Source: Paraphysomonas bandaiensis (lineage: Eukaryota; Protista; Chrysophyceae). Taken from it: 64,000 nt of DNA. The position numbers and the translations under genes were made by a program. Positions 51,629 to 63,886 of this stretch are shown here, piece after piece; the first letter of the stretch is position 1; every line of letters starts with the position of its first letter. The notes below the pieces were generated by a model that saw only the letters and a list, made by a program, of their open reading frames with translations, was not told the DNA's origin and searched no databases. The DNA is taken from NCBI GenBank assembly GCA_965644295.1, contig CBFFRP010000150.1:186001-250000 (forward strand). Reading direction: 5' to 3'.

Positions 51629-54600
51629 CTACTCAATGAAATCAATTCTAGACATAGAATTCTCTACATTAAGCTTGGCATTCGCCTTTCTCCTCTGAAG
51701 ATAATCGCTCGCTGCGTGAACAGATATATGCTGCATCGTACTATCATACATTTCCTTCCCATATCTCATTGTAAACTTAGATCTCGCTTTTCCTGGAAGT
51801 TCTAATGCATGTTGATTGCATCTATTTCCAATCATATTTACATGAAGCTCCGTTAATTTAGACTCTAAAGGGGAAGAGGATTTCACAACAAGAGCCTCTT
51901 TAGACTGCAACACTCCAGCGTCAGATATTTTGTTGAAACCAAGATCTAAAACTTCCAATATTCGATTGTTTGAAAGAAATTTACACAGGGAGGCATCAAT
52001 ACTATCGTGTACGTCGTTCTGCGATAATAATAAAACTTTCATCGTGTGACCGCAATTTCCGGGTGTGCAATCGGCGAGAGCTTCCAAAATATGTCCCACG
52101 CATGCTGTACCAAGTCGACAACGGCTTAAGTTCAATCGCACTAATTGTGTAGAACGAAGAGAACTCGCAAAATCTTTCCATTCACCACTACTGAAATTGT
52201 TGTCTGCAAAGTCTAACGACTGCAAGCAGTGCATAGTTTCCGCCACATTTACAATTTTGATCGCCGAAACCATTGTGATATTACAGCAACTGATATCCAA
52301 GTGCTTCAGTGGTGGGTTCGTGTTTCCATATTTATCGACAGTTCCAGATATTGCACTTACTAAAAAAGACGCTCCATCATCAGTAATTGGGTTCCCAGAT
52401 AGATCAAGATGTGTTAAATATCTAGACAAAGATATTTTCGATATACTTCTCTTCATATGAACTGCTTTTAAATCACACCTCGAAAAATTAATGTGCTCGA
52501 TAATGGAGCCGCCTTGATATATTCTCATCGCATTGTCAAAATTATTCACCGCAAGACGTGTGTCAGCAAGAGATATTCTTCTTAAAGTTTTGTTGAACAC
52601 TCGACAATTCGTGAATAAGTGAGATATGTCATTACCTTTCGCACCAAAGGCACAATCTATCTTCAGGTTGATCAACGTCTGGCTGGATTTCAATACAAAT
52701 GAAAGTGCTTGGAGAGTTTCTGATCCGATGTCATTGTTTGAAAGGTCTAAGTAAGTGATTGTGCAGTTTTTGATAAGAGCTTCATCATCATCCAATTCAG
52801 GCTGACTCTTGGCAACAGACTGCTCTTGAGTATTCTGACTATACATACTAGCGTTTTCAGCAGCATCCGGATTGATAACATCGTCATCTCCAAATAAATC
52901 CTTTTCGGGAATTATGAGAGCCTGTGCAATAAATTGAGCACCGTCGTCGCCAAGGCAGTTATTGCAAAGGTCTAGTGTTGATATAAAAAAATTAGGATGC
53001 AATAACGAGGTCAAGGCTTCGCCTCCTTTCACTCCAACTCTATGAAAATTTAAGTACAGTCTCGAGAAAGAGATAATGGGGTTTACCTATTATTGCGCAA
53101 TTTCAGTGTCGACAGTTCACAAACTGGGGTTCGAACCAATGCATCACACAGTGAGGTCACACCAGCGCAACCGCAAATATTATCACTGAAGTCTATTAAC
53201 TGTAAGTGGTGCAAAATTTGTGCTGATTCGAACACATCAACTATGGAGCAAATATCATCATCACCCATATGAAGCCCAGTTATTCTAACATCAATTAGGA
53301 AATGGCATTCTCGAAAATGTCTGTGGAAGTAAAAATAGCGACATACATCAACCCCCATCTTAGACCTACACGACGCGGTCTCACAACTCGATACGATGCG
53401 CTGGCGTACCGTTTCTTGTCCTGAGTTGGCAGCCTCAGATATACGCCATGCTTCAACTTCTCCAAGTAGGTTTCCGTCATTCTTCTTCATAGGTATACTC
53501 TGTGCAAGTAAACAATCGTCACAGAGAAGATCCCCAAGGGTATGCCTCTCAGAGTATTTCTCCAATGCAGACATATGATGGTCGCTAATGATCGTCCCCT
53601 CTCTAAACTCAGTCACGAAGTCAACAGCACTTTGTACTGTCATACCCCACTTCCGAATAAGATAAGCCGCCACGCAGGCACACGGACGATCAAAACCAAG
53701 CCGACTCCACAGCAGAATACGCATTTCTCGTGCATCCTCATCAGTGGGAAGTCTCTTCTTTGCATTATATAGTGCAGCTTCTTCTTTGGAGCGCAGTGGT
53801 CGGCCATATCGATCAACTGGCCCTCTATAATCCGGTGGTACAAGGTCACCTTCTTTCTCTCGTTCAGGTCGGAGGCGTGCATTCTCTATATAATCGAAGC
53901 ACTTATCGAACAGACCTATCACTTCATCAATGTCCATTAGCACGGGTTTGGCACTGTTAATAGCATCGCCATCTTTCGGTTTCTTCACTTCTTTAAGAGG
54001 AACAGTTTTACAACGATAATGTGGAGGTTTAGAGTCTGGTGTCTTCAGGTTGTCCGTACAGTTGATAATAATATCGGCACCCAGGTCAATAAAAAACCTA
54101 CAGAGCATCAGTCAGATCAACGATATAAATGTTAGAACAAAACAAGGAGCTTACTTTGACCGACCGGTTGACGCATTACCAATCCAAAGTAATCCAGGCA
54201 ATATCTCAGATGCATTCTTATATGATCCTACCCGCTGGCGCAGCAAAGTGAGATCGGGATTCTGCTCCCCTGTTTGGGGAATATGACCAACGGCAGTATT
54301 GCCACAACGCGAGCAAAAATAACTGGCACTAAACTTAGCCATCGGTGCAAGCTTCTCTACTGCTATCACTTCCTCTCGTGTAGGTGGTTCTGCAATTGGG
54401 TCGTTCAACGCTCTGTCAGCATGCCTCGAAGGAATGGGGGGAAGTTTTACTAGACTGTTCTTCAATAAAGGAAGGGCAACGAGGGGCATCCAAAGCTTGA
54501 GCCCGTTCTGCCACATTAATGTCGAGTCTTTTATAGTTCCAATTTTCCGAAATTTCCTTAATTCTTCTAGTCCATACGGCCCTTCTGCGCCGAATTCTTC

Positions 54601-54870
54601 TCTAGGAGAATGTACAAAGTACCAGCTGTCGTCGTCATTCGCTGGTAATTCAGATGCAGCTTGCCTTGGAGGAATTGCAGGAAAATTTATGGAAGCGTTC
54701 GACAACGATTTCGCGGACGACTGACGGGAAATGGATTTTTGTGTCTCTAGATTATCTGACAGTGGGAGAGAATAATGCTTTTGTGTAGTCGATTCCACAC
54801 CCTTTGATTTCAACATGTGGGTAACTACAGGGAACATTTCTGCTTGATACATTGAGTTATCGCGGTCCAT
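51629..54870 (-). CDS. GYF_2 (DUF4339) + inactive dual-specificity phosphatase-like domain + RI-type leucine-rich repeats, 3 exons
   Basis: WYF..AEGPYGLEELR..IKDSTLMWQNGLKLWMPL; ASEILPGLLWIGN..IIINCT..ILLWSRLGFDRPCACVAAYLIRKWGMTVQSAVDFV; many LxxLDLSxNxI repeats. Confidence 0.85.
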
Positions 54871-55639
54871 ATTGTAATATAATGAATTACAACAAATCAA
54901 ACAGTGTATTGAGGAACAGACAGTTACAGTGACGATCGAAAATAACACATTAGCTTTTTATAAGTGGCATTTAATAGTAAAGCAGTGTATTATGTCTGCT
55001 GTCATCTTGTATTTTAGTGTTATTATGCTTCATTAAAACAATGCTAATATACCAAACATGAGTTGTTTACCCAGTACCCACTACCCTGCATGAGTTGTTT
55101 AAAGCATTATGTCATACGCAACCTGTCAGTTAGTCCTGTGCTTGTATGTATGCATGTTTGTGTATGTATGTGTGTGTATGTATAGCCTAGAGCTGTGTGG
55201 CAGTTGAGTCCGGAATACAGTCAAATACACCACATATACAGCTTTCCGTTACATACCTATAGAGCTCATACCACCGTATTCCCTGTACTGTATTCTCTGT
55301 ATAATTCTAAAGAGAGTGTATGCGACAAGATTTCATTATAGAGGATACTCCTATAGTTTTGAAGTGAGTGTATGCGGAGATATAGATAATAAAAGGAGTG
55401 TATGCGGAGATTTGAGAAACGTTTATATAGACATACATATACACACATACACATACATACACATATATATACATACATACACAGAGACAGAGAGAGACTT
55501 AAGGGACGAATACATACACATATATTCCAGTCATCCTTCACTATTCTATTAGTAGATCACATTTCTATCATCTGTTCACACTTGTATGTAATTAAACAGT
55601 CTTGAATCTTATTCCAAGTCTGTTCTACACTACCATCAT

Positions 55640-58600
55640 ATGAATATGAGCTGTTTAACTGTATATCTCACTGGTGGAACAGATGAATCAGCTAATAATA
55701 TCGTTCAATCATTTATTAATTCATGTGAAGAATTAGAAAATTATGATCATATTGATATTAAGATTATAAGAGGCTCTGATATCCCCTCGAATGAGAAGAC
55801 ATCTGGACAATCCAAAGAACTTTCAGCAGCTGTTGCATTAGAAAAGATTATAGCAAATTATGCGAATGAGAATACAAAGGGAAAGAAAAAAGATACTCAT
55901 CATAGACCAGTTAAAGTTATAATTCTACATGATTACCCTAAAACTGATTTGGAATTATTGGAATTAACGAACTCGACGTTTAAATATCCGTTACTGGACG
56001 CAGTTGTACGCATAGTGAATAAAACTGGAGCTGAAGTCGTAAGGTATACAACTGGTTGACATTAATGTAAAATGTGTTATTGTGTGTGTATTTTAGTTCT
56101 GAAGGTGGACCGGAGTCAACTATTCAAAAGAATCCACCGGGATACAGATCAAGAGCAGGCAGTGCACAGCCTTATCCCAAAGACCTTTGTGAAATCGATA
56201 TTACGCAGTTTCTTAAATCAAATTACGACAAACACGCTGGTCATATTACAATGGATGATATTTTAGCGGTTAAGAGTGGTGAGACTGGCGATCCTGTGTC
56301 TCTTGAGTTTTCTGAACTTTTGGAGGAGTTCACTGCTTTGTGCACCTCCTTATACGAGAGTAAATCTGGATTTCATAGCTGGGCTTCTCTTACACACACT
56401 ATAGATGTTAAATTGGATAATAAAGCTCTTAAGCGAATACAGTTGGCCAATTCTCAGATCGCTCTCAACAATATGAACGGAGTTTGGAAGACCGAACCTT
56501 TGTACAGCGCATATCGCGGGTATATGAACCTGCTCCCTACGGAAGTGCAGACTGCCACAGGTGTACTGTTCAGTGTTGTTCAGTCAATAGTGCATTTGTC
56601 ATTGGAGCACCAAGAAGAAGAAGTTGCGCTTGGCCTCTGTAATAAACCTAGTGCTATCGGTCTAAAAGATGTTCAGTTGCCTCCGGGTACTACTGGCTCT
56701 TTGCAACAGTCCTTTTCCGATTCTCTGCTAATTGGGCTAATAAGAGAGCCCATTCAAGATGATCGGTCACCAAAAAACTTACTTGTGTTAGATGATGGAG
56801 ACAAATGCGGGATTAAAGCGGTCAAAGCTAGTCGTTATACAGCAGGCACGAATCCTGCCGGCCCTGATATCAATGATACAGAGAGCGCTACTACTGCAGC
56901 TGAAGTGGAGGATAGCACCATTAGTGTAATGGTTAAGGGGGCATGTGCCGAGCTAATGAATTTCGAGAGCAATACTATATATCGTGCCCAGGTTCCACGC
57001 CTCCTTGGGCAGGGTGGTATTCCGCTCCATTCTACGTACAGCAAAACAGAACGAAGTATTTTGGAGACAGAGCTATTAACGTTTTCTTCCCTTTCTTCGT
57101 CTGATTTACACAGAAATAATATTCTACAGGCGTTTGAGAAAATGGTTGAACGAATTATGCCAAAGCTACCTAATTTTACTGGTCAGAAAATTGGGGACAG
57201 TATGGGAGACCTTTCCATTACGAAGCGACAGTATTTCCGTCACATATCTGGATTTACACTGCCCCAGATACTGGCGAAGGATTTATGTACTGAGCCCGTT
57301 GTTATTCGCGAGTACTACCCATTAACTGATCAGCTTTTACTGGCTTTTCTGTGGCTTGCACCAGATAGACGAATGGGAAAGAAGGAATGGACTCCACGCA
57401 TGAATATGCGCACCAAGCCAACTTTTGACGAATACAGAGTTTTAGAAGAAACTCAGGTAGTGTCTGTATGTTGTGATGAGCTGAATAATATTTGTTATAG
57501 AATTTTACCCCTCGAACTGCTAGTGGCTTGAAGTACTCTATAAATATAACATCAGCTGAAATAGAGAAGTATCACCAGCATACAACTGTGATCACGCCCT
57601 CTGATAAATCCATAGTCCAACTCAAGTATTTGAATTCTACTAAAGAATGTTGGATATCAATGTATGTGAAAGATTCACTGATTGGTCTTAGAACACAGTC
57701 GAAATTGGATGACTCCCGTAGAAAATCTGCACAAATTAGCTCTGACAAAGAAAATGCTGAATTGGAGGTGGATGCAGAGACTGCAGCTGACTTCGGTGGA
57801 GTATTCTTCTGCAACACTGACGATGATGTGCGCATTACTGCTTCTGCGGAGGGTGTAGCATCTGATGAGATTAAGAAACCAGACCATAAATGCTTTGTGC
57901 GTGTTGGAATGACATTCGTCAACGGTGCAGCTGTTGTTGTAAATACTAATGGAGTAATCAGCATCACTCCTCCCAACCCCATACAGACACCCAAAGGGAC
58001 AGATATCAAAGAAAATGGCGAGGTGAGGACGCCTTTTGGATTTGAGTACTTCCGGCACATATGCGCTGGAGGTATTGTTGTGCGCCATATTGGAGCGGAT
58101 TACATATATGGACGAGATTTACTTTTTGCAGACGGGACGAGAATACTAGTTCGAGCTGAGCGCCCTCCTGAGGAGGAAAAGAAAAAGAAGCTGAAGAAAA
58201 TGACCACAAAAAAGATGTCGAAAGCTCAGTCCTCAATGATGAAAAAAAGCAGTGTTCTTGAGCCAGAGGAGCCTGTAGAGATTGAAAAGGAGAAGGAGTG
58301 CAAGGAAACTTTTCTTGCTGCGTTGCTAAAAGAAGCTCCACCTGAATGGAAGTATGTGAAGTTAGGAGTGGACGGCGATATATCTTTTTTTACTGGCTCT
58401 CTGGGATCCCCAGTTGATGGTGTAAATAATACTGAAGTTCCTTGCGATAAGTTCAGCAACATCAAGAAGAACTTTGTCGATGCTGAAACTAGAAGTGTTG
58501 TTGCCGAATATAGAGATGGGCGTGTAGCAACTCAGTGGTCAGACGATGACATCAGAGAGTTGAGATTTCCGGATGGAACTCGAATGATAACACATTTGGC

Positions 58601-61094
58601 TCAAAATATTGTGTTTATTGAAAAACCAACTTTTCCCTCAATTGAAATTGATGTTGAAATCGATAGGGTCTCTAAAAAGCATTCTCTTGGACTTCAAGTT
58701 CCGATTGCGTTGGGTGGGGAGCGTGTGCGAAGTCGCGTAGCAATGCCAGATGGGAGCGCAATATTTGTGAAATATAATACAAAAGTCACTGCCCAGTACA
58801 ATGGCTCTATCAAGGTTGTTCGACGAAATCGTGAAATTATTGTTGTCGAGGATGGTGGTATTGTCACTTATTTCCCCCCATCTGCGTGGTCAAGTGAGGT
58901 GAGTAGATCGATTATGAGAATTAATTGTAACAATTATTGGACTATAGAGTGCAGAAGAGTTTGAAGCAGATTGTTCTGATAGGGCACGGCGACGCGAAGG
59001 TGCTGGTAGCAACAGAATGCTTCAAAGCCAGAGTAAACCAAAGGAAAAAAAACTTCGTTTCAAAGGAAGCAATATGTCGAGTGCCGTAGAGGCTCCACTA
59101 TCGACCAGAAGTAATCGTTCCACTTCCAGTAAGAAGTCGGCTCGATCAAGTGCTAAAAGCCCAGTGTCTGGTTCCAAAGTGAATAGCGTTACGCTATCCG
59201 ACGACGACATGGAAAGAAGTCAGTGCTCAAGCGTCGACTCAGGCTCTGCGGACTCATTGGATAGTATAAGTAAATTAGCCAATAGGAAAGTTGACCACAC
59301 GAAGTACGTGTTTAATGTCAGGAGACTTTCATGTCATATTGAGGACAATGAAAATAATGTGTTCGATCTGGATTACTTTGATCCTGAGCACCCTCGGGTT
59401 TCATTGGCAGGAGAGGTAGAAGGTTTAAAACCGAAGGCGATAACTGAGACTTCGTTGGAACCACGAATGTATATTGTTGATAGGCATGCGAATGCTATCG
59501 AAGTGGTGCGTTAATAAGCTTGTATGCATGTCATTCTAAATGAAGTCACAGGCCCGTGTACAAGATATTATTGATGTCGAAGGTCAAGTAGCAAGTTCCG
59601 AAGACGCGAGTAAGTACGTGTCGGACGCTATATCACCCCCATGTGACCTAGGTGGGTCAAAGATATTCACATATTTCACGAGAAGGTATGCTGCGTGTTA
59701 TAATGCATTGGTCATATTTAAAATATTCCAGGCGAATGGGAGGGGAGGATTGCTATACTTTCAGTGAAATATTTTGTAATCGCTACTGGCATGACTATGA
59801 GAGACCAACTGCGGCGTCTATCGTCATCGATAAGGTATAATATGACTAGCTATTTATGGATTATTGTAATACGAGTCGAGTAGCTAAAGAAAAAGCATTC
59901 TGAGGACAAAACACTATATTATCCGAAAGTATACGAAAGCAGGAGTTATATAGAATACCCACCTTTATCTTCAGCGGGCTTTAATGATTTAGAAGATGCA
60001 CTGAAGAGGTGAGTGAATATAATGTCACCAACAACGCCTTACTTTATAAAGATGGAACGACTGGAGGTATAAAAGAAATACTGAGATTGACAGATTTCGA
60101 GCGGTGGACCCAAGGTAGCTAAAATTTTCCCAATATGTAGTCTTTTTGATATCGTCACGTCAGAACTGAAGAGGATTTGAAAACCGAGAAAGATATATCA
60201 ACGAAGTTGAAAAAAGCTTACAAAGCTGCTAGGGTAATGGCCAGCAAAAAGCGTGAAAAGGAAAAGTAGGACTTACATTATGTTGAGGCAATTTATCATC
60301 TCACGTTTTGTCAGAGAAAAGGCTGCTGCCAACGCGAAGCCCACTAATCTCGACTTGTCCAGAATTCACGAAGATTTGGAAGACATTCCAGAATTTAGTG
60401 ATGATGAATATGACGAAGAAGAAGAGTTTGTGGAGGTGACGTCTAAATCTAATATTTATATGATTTAACACCACATGCACAGGATCCAGAAAATATTGAA
60501 ATCCGAGAGTGTTTTGAAAACCACTGTGTACAGTATGATGATAGTTCCCGTCTTCCTATTGAAAATCTTCGAAGTGCACTTGTTCAGATTTTTAACCGAT
60601 TTGTGACGGAGTCAGAAATTAATAAAGCTCTTGCTGATGACGTATATGACGGCGTGAGTTCGAATGAATCATCAAGTTTAAGTATTGAAGAGTTTCGTCG
60701 ATTATATTTTACGTGAGAGTAAAATGCCTGAGTTTTATATGTTTAATTATGATTTTAGGCTGAAAGGACCGGAGGGAATACCAATCACACAACCAGATCA
60801 AATGGAAGTCCATGAAGTAAGCAAGCTTGTACTTTGAAAATTCTTCACATTATAAAATTGTAGGAGGTTTCATATTCTACAGTTAGCCAAGAAGCTAATG
60901 TTTTCCCCAACAAAACTGTCCCTGCCGTGAGAAATTTTTGGCAGACATCTTCAGGGCTTCGTGCATCCGCCAAATTGGAGGAGTCGCAGGATGAAAATGT
61001 AACATATGCTATTGAAGATATGGGAGACGAATATGTTAGTGGTTCAGCTTTGCATGCTGTTCGCCGTGGGGCGTCAAAAACCTATTCACAGTGA
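55640..61094 (+). CDS. SPAG17: PF6/SPAG17-like flagellar central-pair protein, multi-exon
   Basis: YYPLTDQLLLA, repeated FADGTRI/FPDGTRMIT/MPDGS beta-hairpins, CHIEDNENNVFDL, EPRMYIVDRHANAIEV, RNFWQTSSG. I recognise these as PF6/SPAG17-type motifs from memory; not searched. Confidence 0.72.
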
Positions 61095-61389
61095 GCACAG
61101 TCAGAACTGCATTTTCCGGAGAGTTGAATATAGCAAACAGTGAAAAGGTGTGCTTTCTGTGTACGAACGAAATTAGCAATGTTAGCTTGCCAGAAAGCAA
61201 TTCTAGAGAAATTAATTGTATTCATAATTAATTCTATGTGAAGGATAGATAAGTCTGGGTATATATTTTTTCGCCATATCTCCATCCAACTAATTCTTAA
61301 CCTGTCACATCTACTCTTCTCATGACTAAAGTACAAAAAATTCTCTGCCCTACGATGGCAAATACAGTCCAACATAAAGTTTCACCCTA

Positions 61390-62912
61390 TTAACCAGCTC
61401 CAAGCCCAATGTCTCTATTGAGACCGTGGCTGAGTCACATCAGTGTGCCCAGGGCCTTTTACACTCCCTTACTGCTGCATTTTGTTGACCACCACGCTTC
61501 CGACAAATTACCTGTCACACCATGTTGTACACGCTCCAAGCCCCCCTGCCTGGCCTTGCAACCTTCACCCTACTCAACTACTTCAGTTAAACAACGTGCC
61601 TGCACCAATGCAGCGCTGACCGCATGCATATGCTATCACCTAAGGAGACACCTTCGTCTCCTACACGGTTCTCTACGGATACAACCACTTACAGCATGGC
61701 TCGTGCGAGCAGATCCACGCAAACGGCCCCCATGTACCTTCTCTGCAACCCCTGTCTCCTCTCGACACCTCTCCACTGCACAACAGGGCCGTCTCCTGAC
61801 GACAACCCAGCCCAACCCAACATGGTTTGTCTGTGGTCCATCCACCCAGCAGGCTACCCCCTCACCCTGTTCACCTATCACCCCCACAGCCCATCCATCT
61901 CATTGGATAGACACTGTATTCCGCATACGGTATACTCGACTACTGTACTACTGTGTCCTACAGGATGTATACCATTCCGTGTATACCTCTACTGCTGTTG
62001 GACACATCACCATGTCCATGTACCTGTCTACCTGTACTGTTGGACACATCACCATGTCCATGTACCTGTCTACCTGTACTGTTGGACACATCACCATGTC
62101 CATGTACCTGTCTACCTGTACTGTTGGACACATCACCAGCTCTCTCTCTCTGTCCAACACACTCATAACACCACTGCAGTGTCATACACACACACAGTAC
62201 ACTCTACCTCCTCCTAGAAAACCCCCAGACAAACCATCTCCCCTCCCTTCGTCTCTGATACCTTGCCGTCATCTTCCTTACACACACTCTCTATGCCTCA
62301 GTCTGTACCCCCCTGCACCAACACAGACACTAACAAGAGCAGCTGAGGACGTCCGAGTGTCTCCTCCAGACCATCATCATCATCACGATCATCTCGTGCA
62401 TAGGTCTATCAGAGTACTCGACCTCAGTGACTCTTGTTCTGTTGCGCAGTCTCACTCTCCTCAATCAGATGTTGCCTCTCTTGCACCATCACACTCCCTC
62501 TCGACTCCCTGTAGCTGGACACACCGGATGACCCTCACATCCCACCCCTGTACAGCTATACACCCTCTTGCATGTGTTCTCTACCGCTGGCTAAGACAGC
62601 AAAAGAGCCGATTTCGACGCTTCTTCACAGTAGGCCATAACCTTTTGCAAGACCTTCATCCACATACCTCCGAGCCACTTGGAACAATGCCTAAAGGAAG
62701 GCCACCAGATCGCCAATCTCAGAAGGGCATATTACTGTTTCCCCTAACTGCCATAAGGCTAATAAGTCAGTCCCCGTGAGGTACATAAGGCTATCTATCA
62801 TATAGCGAGTGGAGTCTCATCCCAAGAGGAGACCTCCAGATCACACGCGCCGGTGAGTCCCAGGACACACGATCATGGCGAGCCTCATAACACACACTAA
62901 GAACGGAAGTGG
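61390..62912 (+). mobile_element. Unclassified GC-rich, C-skewed segment, probably TE-derived; contains a 456-codon low-complexity ORF (61409-62779)
   Basis: Abrupt compositional shift, no evident introns, internal minisatellite, KPPD/RPPD peptides. No TIR, LTR pair, TSD or enzyme motif found. Confidence 0.4.
61995..62138 (+). repeat. 42-bp minisatellite, 3.4 copies
   Basis: ctgttggacacatcaccatgtccatgtacctgtctacctgta x3 plus an 18-nt partial copy. Confidence 0.95.
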
Positions 62913-63057
62913 TTGCACCTTGGTGCTTGCGGCGACGCACAAGCAGCTTCTGTAGCGTTAAATAGTAGGATAAAAGAGTTTGTATTGATTAGTTACGGGT
63001 AGTAGTCTAACTAGTATGACTAGCATTCTTCTAGCCACTAATTGGTGCAGGCTTTCA

Positions 63058-63517
63058 ACGCCTATTGCTAAATAATCAGACATTCAATATATATATGACT
63101 AAAGTACATTGTCATTGAATATACATTTATTTCCTTATTTACTTGTAAAGTGCTATGCTATTTGCTACTTCACCCCTCGTAAAGAAATTAAGGTTTCATA
63201 ATTTACGTTATTTTCCTGCTTCTCAGATTTTTGTGAAGAGCGGTATGCTTAATTTGTCAAAGAGAGAGCCAACTATCGAAAGCAAGTTAATAGTGTAAGC
63301 GTGTAAGCTATAGTGAAGGGAAAGGGGAGAGTTTATTGTTTTCTTCAGCTGCCGTTATATCGTTGAACTGAGAATTTTGTCTATCTTCGTTCAGAGTAGG
63401 AAGTAGTATGTGGTATGTGGCAGCTTGATGTTTCGATAAAAGTATATACAGTGATGTAGATCTTCTTATTAATTTTTAGTTCTGACTCTTACACGCCTAT
63501 TGCTAATAATCAGACAT
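63058..63517 (+). repeat. Short direct repeat pair (63058-63084 and 63493-63517)
   Basis: acgcctattgcta(a)ataatcagacat occurs twice, about 435 bp apart. Confidence 0.75.
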
Positions 63518-63886
63518 CGTAATATATACAACACTTCTGCAATACCTTTTGTATGATGACTCTATCCTCTATCCTAAATGAACTGGGTTGAATGGTCTGA
63601 TTAGGTGAAATTTCGATACTAATATGGTGTGATAATATAGCTGGTGTGGTAATATAAGTGTATATTGTAATCCAGGTAAGTTCGACTGGTAAATGTAATA
63701 AAAGACTGTGGAGTTATAACAGATATGACAATTAAATATATTTACTTTTTAGTGCGACATCAACGTAACAGATGGCCACGCAATCACTGTAAACATACAC
63801 CAGGGTCACGAATGCTAACGCATAGATATATACTATGGTGTGCAAGAACCATACGTGTCATTCTGATTGAAGTAGCCTGAAGTTGC

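Noticed and set aside
602-61094. Possible alternative genetic code or non-canonical introns to explain fragmented ORFs
   Set aside because: Every junction I checked is resolved by a short canonical GT-AG intron under the standard code, and the introns showed no mutual similarity suggesting introner elements.
61410-62941. Solo LTR (TG...CA) or Helitron interpretation
   Set aside because: No matching 4-6 bp TSD at candidate ends, no convincing PBS or PPT, and the apparent terminal hairpin belongs to the dispersed repeat shared with 44881-44946.
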